From Chrysomallon squamiferum (Eukaryota; Animalia; Mollusca), in NCBI GenBank assembly GCA_012295275.1, contig CM022668.1:1178001-1242000 (forward strand): 64,000 nucleotides of DNA, read 5' to 3'. The position numbers and the translations under genes are program-made. Each line of letters begins with the position of its first letter. The stretch's first letter is position 1. Below are positions 1 to 13,300 of the stretch, piece after piece. The notes below the pieces were generated by a model that made no database searches, was not told the DNA's origin, and worked only from the letters and a program-made list of their open reading frames with translations.

Positions 1-3000
1 CTCATTGTATTAACCTTCATTAGTTGTCAAGCCTGGAGTCTGACAGAAGTATCCTGCCTGACAAGGAGTGCATTCTGTATCATTGCGGAGTCCTTCTGTA
101 GCTCCAAATGTTCCTGGTGGACAAAGAATAGGATCTGCTGTTCCTTCAGGACAATATGAACCTGGAACAGATTTATAATGGTTTATTCTAACATTTTATT
201 TGTTGGAGGTATAATTTATTTCAAGTATTGTTAACATAAAGGAATATATAGGCATGGACTTTATGAATGCTTAAGATCTGCTAAGAGGACAGTTAATTTA
301 AATTATTAGTAAAGTATGTTTTTTAATCCCTTTATTAAATGACTTCTTGTAATCAAAACAAGACTTTATCCATGAATTGTTACTAATATTTTCTTCTTTG
401 ATCTAAATCTACATACACTACATGTATCAGTAGACATATTTCTGAAGAAAATTAAATTCAGGATACAATATTAAAATTTAGATATTTAAAAACAGATGGA
501 AAAAGTCACCTTGTGGGCAGATATCTGCATCTCCTGTCTGGTTTGGTGACTGATACATTGCATATCTCTTGCAGTAGTAGCCTGCTGAACACAGAGCTGT
601 AGGTTCTGCCTGTCCAACAACTCCACAGAAATACCTGGCAGTGCATGGGGTACAACTTTCACTTACATTCAGTCCAGTGTTGTTGCTGAATGTTCCTAGT
701 GGACATGGGTATTGATCTCGCCGCTGAGTTCCTGCAATTAGAACCCACATTAACTGACTAACATCAGTAGAGCATGAAAATCATTCAAAAGATTTTATTA
801 ATGTTTACTATCATCATCTTATTTTTTTAATAAAAAAACTTCAGAACTTCCAAGTGTAATGGGAATAATATTCCATTACTATGCTACATGATCATATTTA
901 AACGTTTATTTACCTTTAGGACAGTAGAATCCTTCTGGACATTTGACTGTGTCATTGATGACTACCACCCCTAAACTGTTGTCACAGAAATAACCTGCTG
1001 GACACAATTCACATGTTGACTGGCCTGTGTTCTCTTGAAAGTATCCACTTGGACAGATGCTAGGGGAGGCTGTGTGTTCAGGACAGTAATGACCAACTGT
1101 ACACAGATTTTGATTTGGAGTCCTTTCACCTTCAGGGCAGTAATAACCAGCTGAGCAATTTCCTGTTATTTAAATAACAAGATGAAAACAACATTTTAAC
1201 ACAAACTGATAATTGTATTTAAAACAAAAAAAATATGGCATAATAGTCTTTTAATTTTTTAACAAGGTAACAGAAATTAAGTTTAAAAAGTATACGTAAT
1301 TAATAGAATACAGCATATAACGCTTTTCTAAAACTGAAGAAAAATGAGGTTAATTTTTGTCTTCATTAGTCAATCAATGAATTTTTCACCTGATGTTGCA
1401 GTCATGTTGTAATCACCACAAAACTCTCCAAATGAACAAGGTACGCAGTCTGAGGCCTTTGTGTTTCCAGTACTAGAACTGTATGTGCCAGGATCACAGG
1501 GAACTGGACTGGAAGATCCTTCACTGCAGAAGTGACCTGCAGGACAAATGTCACCAGTGCTGCCATCTGCAGGAGATGATGTTGTAGCTCCTAAAATACA
1601 GTAGTAGCCAGCAGAACAGTTTCCAGTAGGTTTGGTCTAAGCCAGCTGTTTGACAGAACTGTCCACCTGGACAGCGCTGAGGGTCTGATGATCCTGAAAA
1701 TGGTGACAAAAGAGTTGATAAAGGGAGTAAACTAACACTGACATTTTTATATTTGTATTGGTGATAAAAGTGGTGAACATTTTAAAAATATTTTGAAATT
1801 GTTATTTCAATGATGTGTTTTTCTGCATTCATTATTAAATATTATATTTTAATATCTTATTAATAAAAACTTTTCTTTTTGAACCATACATTAATCAGTA
1901 AAAATCTTATTTTGTTTTCTAATGAAACTGAAATATAATATTCTTTGGATAATATATATTATTATACTTTATAGAAAGCAATTATTTATTAACTTTTTAT
2001 TTTTTTTATTTCATTATATAATTAACACTAAATGATATATTTTTATATAAAAGGGAATAAATTAAGAAAAAAATAATTTTAAATGAATAGGATCAAACAT
2101 TTGCAGATGTTACCTTGAGGACAGTAATATCCTGGCTGACATTTTCCTCCAGCGGTTGTTGTGTTCGGTTTGTCAGAACCTCCAGAACAGTACCATCCTG
2201 CACTGCACTCTCCGGTGTAGTTTGAGTTACCTTCTCCTTGGCAGTACTTGCCACCAGGGCAAGAAATACAGTCATTAGTAGAAGTTCCTTTCTCAGTGGG
2301 ATTGTACGATCCTGGTGGACATTTGTACTGTGTGCTCACCTCTGTACCATTTGGACAATAGTGACCTACAAGTACATCCTTAATTATCTGCTTGAACTTT
2401 TCAATAATAAGCATTCATGAATAAATTAATAATGGGATTGCTATTAAAAACAACTAGCATTAACTAGAAATAGTATTATAAAATTTGAATTTACAGATTA
2501 ATAAATTTTATACAAAATGAATTTAATTTTTTTGTACAAATAAATTATATAAATTTTTAATAAACAAAATAAAGTAAACTTTATTTCAGTTTAATAAATA
2601 TAATAAAAAAAGAAGAAGATATGTATCTTCATAAATATCATGATTATTATTATTATTATGAAAAAGGAATATCTATCTAGTGATTTGCATGTTAACTTCC
2701 ACTGACCTGTTGGACAAGGTGAACTGAGATACTCTGTTGAGTTGGCTAGACAGTAATATCCAGCTGGACAAGATGTACATTGTGACTGACCAGTGAGGTC
2801 AGTGTAACTTCCAGCAGGACAAGGGATAGGCTTTACTGACATCTCTGGACAGTAGTGTCCTGTAGGACAAACACCACCAATGCCTGTATGGAAAGCTTGA
2901 TCAGGACATGTACAATTCACTGTTTCATTTGATGATCCTGGCATGGGACGATCCACTGCTGATGTGCAATAATATCCTGAATAAACGAATAGAATTTATT

Positions 3001-4357
3001 TGTAGTAAGGTCATCTCTTATCGCACATTATGAACAATGAGCAATAACAACCAGAATTAATTTTGTAATGAAACTAAATGTCAATCATATCATGAATTTG
3101 TCTATAAAACGACTTCCAGCAGAAGACCTCAGTGAAACAGAAACAAGAAAAGTTTCTCATTTCCAAAGAGTAGTCACAACAAAGAATTTCTCATACATTG
3201 AGAAATTAGAACAGTACAGTTTTTTAAACATGGAGAACGTAACAAAACAGTTTCTGATTCCAGTCTGAAGAATACTCAGAACACAAAGGTTCTCCTACCT
3301 GCAGAACAGTTTCCTGTGGGCTGTGTGAGATGTTCTCCCTGGCAGTACATTCCACCAGAACATGGCTGACACTGACTGACATCATACAGTCCTTCAGCAT
3401 TACTGAGTGTTCCACTAGGACAGGCCTTCCAGTCTATCCCTGTACCTAAACATACAACACAAATATTGTTATTGTTTATAGAAGAAAACACAAAAATAAT
3501 CTGAACAATAAATTACCAGGAATAATAAATAAAACTGATAACAGTATATATAGCCAAATAAAAACTGTAATTACCTTGTGGACAGTAGTATCCAGCTGGA
3601 CAAGGCTGTGCATTTAATGTTGAGTTTTCTGGTTGGACAGGAAGACAGTAGAAACCTTGAGGACAGGGTGAGCACTCTGCTGCTCCAGTGTAGTTAGTGT
3701 ATGTGCCATCAGGACATTCCCTGTAGATGGCACTACCATTTGGACAGTGGAGACCACGAGGACATATGTACTGAGATGGGTTTGGTTGTGACATGTTTTC
3801 TGGACAGTAGTAACCTCCCCAACATGTCTCAATCACTCCTGTCATTCCTATGATTAGTAATAATAAACATTACAGGTAATAACTGGGTTACCAAGTGAAT
3901 CAGTGCAGAACAAGTGAATCAATAAACAAAACTGATATTCAAACCAAAAACAATGTATGAAAAACAATTAACTGAATAATAAAATAAAAATAATTTTAAA
4001 AACAAATTTTAATTTTTTTTTTTTTAAATTAGAAAGTTTATGCATTATTTGTGGCCATTTGTTTATATGACAGTAAGAAATGTTGTGTTTAAAGAGGCTA
4101 CCTGGATCAGGACAGAAATATCCTCCTGAACATGGACTGCACTGACTGACATCAACAAGGCCTGTAGCATTGGAGAATGTCCCAGCTGGACACTGCTGTG
4201 GTTCTGTGCTCTCTGCTGGACAGTAAGAACCCACTGGACATAGGATGAATTTGTCATTGTCTGCTCTAGATGGGCAGTAGTAACCTGGCAAAGTGAAAAA
4301 CATTTGATTAGAATATATACATCTTTAATACAAATCATATTATAATGATACTAATTT

Positions 4358-4390
<33 letters not shown>

Positions 4391-7300
4391 TTAGCTCATA
4401 TCCAACTAATTAAATAATAAAAAAATTAATTTATAAATCAACTCGACAAACTATATTAAAATCTGTTGTTAATACTTACTAAACATATCAATAAACTACG
4501 TAACAGACACCCCCCCACTTACACATAAACACACACATATATTTACATACATACATACATACATACATGTATACACATGCAGACAATAAATAAACAAAAA
4601 TGACTAACAACCATAATGTTAAAAGGGCAATTAAGTTTTACTTATAACATGATATAATTAATCAAAAGACCTCACTTAAAATCAACAAAGAGGTAGAAAT
4701 AGAAATAATTTGTTTAAACATCTTAAACAGACTGAGTCATTTCAAAACTGACCGGCCTGACATGGCTGACCGGCTGAGGTCATGTTGTAGTCTGGACAGT
4801 ATCTGCCTCCAGTACAGTTAGTACACTGGTCCTCACTCTGTCGTCCAGTCGCTGGATTGAACGTTCCAGGTGGGCAGCTTTCAGGTGTAACACAGCCTTC
4901 AGGGCAGTACACACCTGTAGATTTAAAATTTTCATTACTTCTGTCTCTATTTGATATTTATCACTGACATATTTATGATTGATTATATTAAGTATTCATC
5001 TAGTCATTGCTAATGATAAATATAATTTCAAGATCTATATAAATTAAATCCCAATTTAATGTTATGACATTAATACAAAAAATTATGACCACTCTCTCCA
5101 GTGTTAAAAGGTTTAAGAATATATCATGTTTAGTGAAATACAAACCTTCAGGGCATATATTAGCATTATCTCCCATTGATGGACTGGAACTATTGGCACC
5201 AAAAATGCAGTAATATCCAGCTGAACATTTTCCAACAGGAGCACCAAGTCCTTCTCTGTCACAGAACCAGCCTCCAGGACAGGGCTGACAGTCAGCTAAC
5301 ACTGTGCGGTGAGTCACGTTGCTGTAGGTCCCCACAGGACAAGGATATTCAGTTGAGTGAGTTGTATTGACAGGACAGAAGTATCCTGCTGGACATGCTG
5401 AATTGTTGTACAACACAACAGGATCAATTAGGTTGTCACAGAAGTATCCTGCAGGACATGATTTACAGAATGGTTGACCTATTTCGTCTTGGTAGGAACC
5501 AGATGGACATCGTAACTGCATTGAGCTACCTTGTGGGCAGTAGTATCCAGGATCACAGATGTAGCTAGAAGGTGTTGCTGTACTCTGACCTGCTGGACAG
5601 TAGTATCCCTCTGAACAGAATCCATCAGGAAGTGTGTTTCCAGCACCTGCACAGTAGTAGCCTGGCAGGCAAGGGAGACAATCGGTGTCAGCATCATTGC
5701 CTGTGCTGTTGAGAAATGAACCAGCCTGACACAACTGAGGAGCTGAACTTCCTGCTGGGCAATACGAACCCTCAGGACAAAGACCACCTGTAGATAACAA
5801 CAATCAATCAGTCTTTATTGTTCAATATTGATCAAACAACAGGTATTTCAATTTTGTTTTTAACAATGATATATATTTAAATTAGAATTAACTTAACAGA
5901 ATTATGCAGCTGCTAATAAAAGATAACAATGAATAATTATAAAAGCTGATTTCAAAGTTGAAAATTAGCAAAGTAAAGGTCTTTTTTTTACTGTGTATGA
6001 ATTGATGGAAAATGGAGGAATCTCATATATATGAAGAAGCTATGTAATGTCCATAATCAACTCATTCTTATCTCAGTACTTTCTTGTTTGAAATCTACTT
6101 TTGTCCATTAATACAATTTATATGCATCTATAATTTTATCCTCTCCCAAAAAAGAAATGCAGAATGGTTGATTTCTTAGATAACTATTGTAAACTGACAC
6201 ATATCAATAGAATGACATTTGGTGATTCAAAAGTATAGCTTTTGTTACAGTCGCCAAAAAGCAGGTAACACAAAATAAAGGCTATGATCATGTTTATTAG
6301 CCAAAACGTCCTGCATGCAAACCATGTTACCATTTTGCATGTGCATGTGTGGCACAAGAAACTTGAATACGAGGGTTATAAATGCAAGGTTTTTGAAAAC
6401 TTCTGTTCGGTTATTTTGTTCTAACCCAACACCAACAAATGCCATGACTGAGTGAAACACAATGAAACAACACCATTGGCTGTTTACAAGTTGGCAAATC
6501 CTTCTCTGCCCTGGTGTTCCATGTATCCCCAAGCACCATCTTGAGATTGTGGTATCAGTTCCAGCAACACCAAACAACATGTGACCGTCCCAGATCAGGT
6601 AAACCACGTGTAACCACCAGGGCCCAGGACCGCTATATAGGGAACTTCATCTATGGGAAAGAACCACCATGGCAACTTCTACTGCTTCAGCAATACCATG
6701 TCTGTGTAGAATATCAGCTCAGACAGTGCACAATTGTTTACAGGAGGCAGGTATTCAAACCAGATGGCTTGTAAGAAGAGTGGTTTTGACTCAACAACAT
6801 CATCAACTATGATGTCAGTGGTGTCAACTGCACAGAGTCTGGCCTCAGTTATGATGGAGAACTGTCTGGTTTAGTGACGAGGCTTGATTTCTGCTTCATT
6901 GAGCTGATGGAAGATGTTGAGTTTACAGACGTCGTGGTGAACGTTTTGCTGCAAACTGCATACAGGAAGAGGACAGATTTGGCGGTGGTAGTGTGATGGT
7001 GTGGGCAGCAATCTCATACACTGGCAGCACCAACCTGCTTCTCTTCCAAAGCATCTTAATGGCACAGAGATACCGAGGTAAAATTTTGCAGCCACATGTC
7101 GCTCCAAGTATGAATAATGGTAATGCTGTGTTCCAGCATGACAATGCGAGACCACATACAGCCAGACTCACAACAGCGTACCTACACAATAATAACATTC
7201 AGGTCCTGCCCTGGCCCTCTAAATCTCCGGATTTGAACCCCATAGAGCATTTATGGCATGAGTTGGATAGACAACTGAGGCAGCATCAACCACAGCCACA

Positions 7301-10300
7301 GAATCGTGCTCAGTTGGCATTATTACTACAGACAGAGTGGGCCACCATTCCACAAGGTGTAATTTGTAATGTCATTACTGCCATGGGAAGAAGATGTCAG
7401 GCAGTTCTGGACTCCCATGGTGGACACACAAGGTATTGATATTATACTGTTATAACCTTGAACTTTAACCTTTTCAATGTAATACCATCAATATTAATGA
7501 ATTGCCAAAGTGTGTGTAAAATGTGAACGTTCTGCTGTTTTCTGTTGATCCATTAGATAGATAAATCCAATGTCAATAAAATCTACTTTTGCGTTTCTTT
7601 TTTGTTAGAGTATATTTGTTAATTTTTCTAATAATGAAGTAAAAAAGTGAAATAGGATTTTGAGAATGGTACAGAATGTCACTTTTTTTTAGACAAAAGA
7701 AACAGTTAAACTGAAAAATGTCTGTGTCAGGATGTCTGAACTTACTGTACTAAAATATTTGTCCAACAACTTAAATTTCCTACCTGTGACGTTTCCGTCA
7801 TTAGGACTGGATGTGGTGGCTGTGCTAGAACAGTAATAGCCAGCCATACAAGAACCAGACGTCTCGTTCAGTCCATCCACCGCACAGAACTGCCCTGGGG
7901 TGCAAGGAGTTGGCATGCTAGACTTGACAGGGCAGAAATATCCAGCTTGACATCTGTCCCCACCCAGTCCTGATGGTGTTGCTGTAGTTGCTCCTGCAGT
8001 GCAGTAGTAGCCAGCAGAACAGTCACCTGATGGTGTTGACAGGCCTGTCTGTTCACAGTATTCTCCACCTTCAATTATTAAAACATTTCTTTATTACTAA
8101 ACACTTTTTACATTATATTTGTTCCACTCCTAATTAAAATACTTTTTAGAACACAGGACAAGTTCACACATGATATATATATATATCTATCTAAATCTTG
8201 TCTTACCTGGACACTGAACACAGTCTGAAGATTTTGTTCTCATAGTCATGTTGTTGTATGTTCCTGCATCACATGGAAATTGATTCCATCTCTGAGTTCC
8301 AGCAGGACAGTAATGACCAGCAGGACAGGGGAAATCTGTGTAATTGGACGTCTGCTTTGGACAGTAGTAACCTTTGTAAATGATATTATAATAATAATAA
8401 TAATAATAATAGTAATAATAGTAACAATAACAATAACTAACAATAATAATAACAATAATAGGAATAATAATAACACCAACAACAATAATAGCAATAGCAA
8501 AAACAACAACAACAATAATATTTATAATTTATTATAAATATTATTATTATAAATCGTGTGGATTGTAATTAACTAAATATATTTAAAAAATAATAAAATA
8601 CCTTCTGGACACTGAAGACAGTTGTGTAGTCCCTCTGTATCAGCATATGTTCCATTATCACATGGTACTGGATAGATACTGCTAGTACCACCTGGGCAGT
8701 AGTGACCTACAGGACAGATACCACCAAACCCAACCTGTCTGTCATCATAGCAACTGTTGTTTAGTGGGTTGGATTGGTTGATTCCATTAGGAAACTCTCT
8801 GTCAATACCAGACACACACCAGTGTCCTGCAGCACACAGACCTGAGTACAAACAGTCGTAATTAAACTATTTTGAATTACTTACTGCTATACAAGTTTTA
8901 AATACATGTACTTTCAAGTGTTTCTTTCCTGTCTAACAGTCAGAATTTGATAAAATAATAAACCATTGTGAATTTGATTTTTAAATATTTTTTCATTGGT
9001 ATTATTTTGCACAAGGAATTTCCATGTCACAGGTATTTGCTTGTTTTTTTAAAATAAATCTCATGATTGTAGAATAAACCTGTAATTCTATGAACTGGTA
9101 TATAAACAAATTTCATCTCTGTTTACAATATATAAATAAACATAATAAGGCCAGTATGAGAATGAATCATACTCAAAGGATATTTTTGAAAAGCTGGTTA
9201 GGTACAGGAAACATGAAGTGTTAATCAGGTTTTCAAAAATGCCATTTATTTATTTTTGTGTATTACCTGTAACAGATGTCAGGTGTTCTCCTGCACAGTA
9301 GTAGCCACCTGGACAAGGTTTACACTGACTCTGATCATACAGCCCTTGAACATCGCTGTATGTTCCACGTGGACATGATTTCCAGTCCAAGTTGGTTCCT
9401 GGTGGACAGTAGTAGCCAACTGGACAGATGATGTTTGCTCCCTGAGCTTCACAGTAGTAGCCCGCAGGACACAGATAGCACTGTGCAGCATGGGTGTGGT
9501 TTACCTGAACAAAACATGTTACAGTTTCAGTTACTGTTCAGTCTTACAACTGTTACAAAACTAACTTTGATCTGTGAGCACCATATTGATTTTTTTATAT
9601 ACTTTACTCAGTTTAAAATAATATCTTCAATAAATAGTTACATTTATTACCATTAGTTTTTCTAAAAAGTAGTGCTTATATTTTGTTTGTGGAGAAAAAA
9701 TATTTCTAATAATAAAACAATAAAGTAACAACACTGTCATGATGCTGTTTTAAAACATCAGTGATGAAAGAACATCATGTTTTGTTGTTGTTGTTTTTTT
9801 TAGTTTTAAAATATTCCAAGCAGATATAAATTGTATACTTACATAGCTGTTGTTTTGACATGGTGTGGCCAGTGAACTTCCTTCTGGACAGAAATATCCA
9901 ACTGGACAGTAAGTAGCTGGCTGTCTGGTGTTACTGCCAGCAGGGCAATAGTATCCTGAAATAGGTTTTTATATAATAGGTCAGTTTACACAGGGAAAAC
10001 AGTTACAGTAACAATCAGCAGTGTTTCAAAATAATGAACCATTACAGTTCCAATTATTATAATTTTAAATAAATGTTAAAATAAGTTGCATTTTATGTCT
10101 TCATTTATATTTAAAAAACAAAAGAAGAACAAGGTTATTTAAAGTAATTTATTTGATATGGTCCAGGTTTTAAGTTGAAAGGATATGTTGATAAGGTTTT
10201 AGTTAGGAACAAGTGTTAAAGAGAGGCATGCCTGGAGCACAAAGTCCTGTTGGTTGTGTCAATCCTTCCGTCTCACAGTAGTAACCAGCTGTACAAACCA

Positions 10301-13300
10301 GACACTCAGACTGAGCCACGAGATTAGATCTGTTTGAAAACGTGCCTGAAAGAAGAAATGTTTTATTGTTTTCACATAATGTATGCTTAATGACTGTTGC
10401 TTTAAGGAGAGGAGAAACCCACCGATCCCAGACTGTCATGTTTCAGTTATCTGCAATGAATCTTTTATGTGCACCTAAACAGGAAAACACAGGATAATTG
10501 ATAAAGTAGGCACTGGCTGATTTTGAAATAAACAAAACACAGGAAAGAAAAACAACTTTCTGAAAGGATTTTGCCTGTCCATAAGGAGACAAAAACATTT
10601 CTCTGTGTCAGATACACTTTAAAAATGATTATGAAATATAAAAGAAACAGTCAAAATTAGGTAACAAGTAGGGTATTTTGTATCCTTTTAATCAAAGAAA
10701 TGAAACTATAATCTTAACTTATATATAAAGATAAGATATAATTGTTATTTCAACTGGTGTGCCTTGCTGATCATTTTTACCATAACATTTCATTATATAG
10801 GTGTGTATGTGTGTGTGTGTGTGTGTGTGAGTGTGTGTGTAAATTAACAGTTAATTAACCAGGTGAAAGATAACAAACCTTCCGTGAGACATGTATATAT
10901 AAATTTGCTACATCTGAATTTAAAGAATTAACATTTACAGTGACTAATATAAGACCTCCATTTTCAATGCCTGGTTATTTTAAAAAAAACAAATTAATCA
11001 TAGGGAAGTGAAAATGTAAACAGAATTCAGATTTCTCACATGTAAGTCATATTTTAAATTCTATGTCATTTGCAACTTACCAACTGGACAGAAAACTGGT
11101 GATGCACTTTGAGCTACACAGAATGAGCCTTCGGGACAGTTGAACTCTGTTGCACTTGATGACCTTTCTGGACAGTAGTAGCCAGCAGTGCATGGTCCAC
11201 TCACAGATGTCATGTTTAGTTCACCACAGTAGAAACCTAAAAATTAGATTTTTTAAAGCCGAATTAGTTTTTGTGGAAAAATCAAATATATACAATTCTA
11301 ACTATTTTACAGAACTGGGAGCATGTTATTTGTAGCTTGTTTGGTGTTTGATACATACTAGCTGAATTGCGTTAGTTGTTTTTGTACTTGTTGCTTTTGG
11401 CTAGTACATTATTAAATTTAAATTCATATTATTAATTTTATAATCATTTTATATATCTATATCCTTAATCTGTGAAAAGGATTTACATATAATTACAAAA
11501 GCATTCAAATAAAATTTTACTTAAACACAAAACAAGGTTTTACCTGCTGTACAGTTAAGACATTCTTCCACAGCTGTCAGTCTAACGTTACTTGAGTAGG
11601 TACCCAGTGGACACTTCTGTGGCTCAGAACTTTGTTGTGGACAGTAGTGACCCTCTGGACATTCATTTGCATCAACACCTTGGGTTGGGGTGCCAGATTT
11701 AGCACCTTGGCGACAGTAAAACCTAAATTTTAAAAACACATTTTGCCTTTTTATCATTTTTAAGACAAACATAAATAGGATTTTAGTATTTCAATAACAA
11801 TAAGATACTCAAACAGTGAATATATATTTCGTAATAAGAATGAAGATTAAAGGTTTTTGCTTTTGTAACATTACCAATGAAAAGAATCAAATTTTGACAA
11901 TTACCCTGCTTCACAGATCTTAGTAAACTCAGTCTGAGCCTCCTGGTCACAGTAGTATCCACCTGGACAGGGCAGACAGTCTGTTACTGCCTGGAGACCA
12001 GACATGTTGCTATAGGTACCAGATGGACATCGGTTTTCAACAGAGTACTTGGTTCCAGGTGGACAATAATAACCTGAAATTAATTTTCAAAACTTCATTT
12101 GAGATAACAATAAAGACATCTGGAAAAAATAGTACAATCTATAGACAGACAGCAAGACAGACAGCAAGACAGACAGCAAGACAGACAGACAGTCAGACAG
12201 TCAGACAGTCAGACAGATAAACAGATACACAGACAGATATAAAACATTATGAAAAAATTATTCTATATCTTTGAAATGTAAATATTAAAGATAATGACAA
12301 CAATAATCTCTTGAAACTGTATGTTTAATTTTACTTGATCTGATACTATTTGAAATTTAACTGTAAAACTAATGTTGACAATACAACACCTGGTGGACAC
12401 ACTGTGTTGTTGTAAAGTACAACCGGACTCAGAGTTTTGTCACAGTAAAATCCAGCTGGACACATCTTGCACGTCCCTTGTCCGACTTCATCCTGGTATG
12501 TTCCACTTTCACATCGGACAGGCTCCTCACTGCCTGATGGACAACTGTGGCCTGTAATATACAAATTAAATAGCCCTGATTTAACACCAAATATGTTTAA
12601 ACCAGTATAAAGTAGTGGCTTTGACAACCTGTTATTAAAACTTACAACTTATTACAGCCTATCAGAAAGTATTTAAAAAGAAAGTTACCTTGAGGACAGG
12701 TGTACTCAGAAGGGTTGGAAACTTTCATCCCAGCAGGACAGTAAAACCCAGCATCACAGAGACCGGAGGGATAGGCATTACCATAGCCAGCACAGAATGA
12801 GCGGGGAGGGCAAGAGAGACAGTCAGACTGAGTGCGAGACCCGGTCTGGTTCAGATACGTTCCTGGTGGACAGTAGGATCCATTAGCACTTCCTGGTGGG
12901 CAGAACTGTCCCATTGAGCATACATCACCTGATAAAAATAAGTTTATATATAATTATAGATGTACAATTATATGGTATATGTCTCACATAATAAATTGCT
13001 ATCATAGAATTTCTCACTGAAAGACACGATACATCAGTTATTAGATGTTATACAGAGATAAATGTGTAAGTACGTTACATAGAAATAGTGATACATCTGT
13101 TTGAAGGAAGAGATACAGCAACAGCTAATGATTTATGAACAAAGCGAGTTGTAAATTGAATCTAATAATAAATGAAACCAGTTCAGGTAAAAACTCAGAG
13201 GGATAATAAAAGTAAGAATTATTGCTGCAGAATAGTTTAGACCTGTTCAATGTAATCAATATCTGTTTTAACACTTTTTTAATTATTTCAGTCTTGTGAT

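Noticed and set aside
9499-9510. Acceptor CAG|GTAAAC resembling a recursive splice site
   Set aside because: The flanking introns are short and GTA AAC simply encodes V-N in frame.
10405-10500. Possible SINE-like fragment (gaaacccaccg...atcttttatgtgcacc...caggata)
   Set aside because: It is only a vague resemblance, with no A/B boxes, tail or TSD that I can verify without a repeat library.
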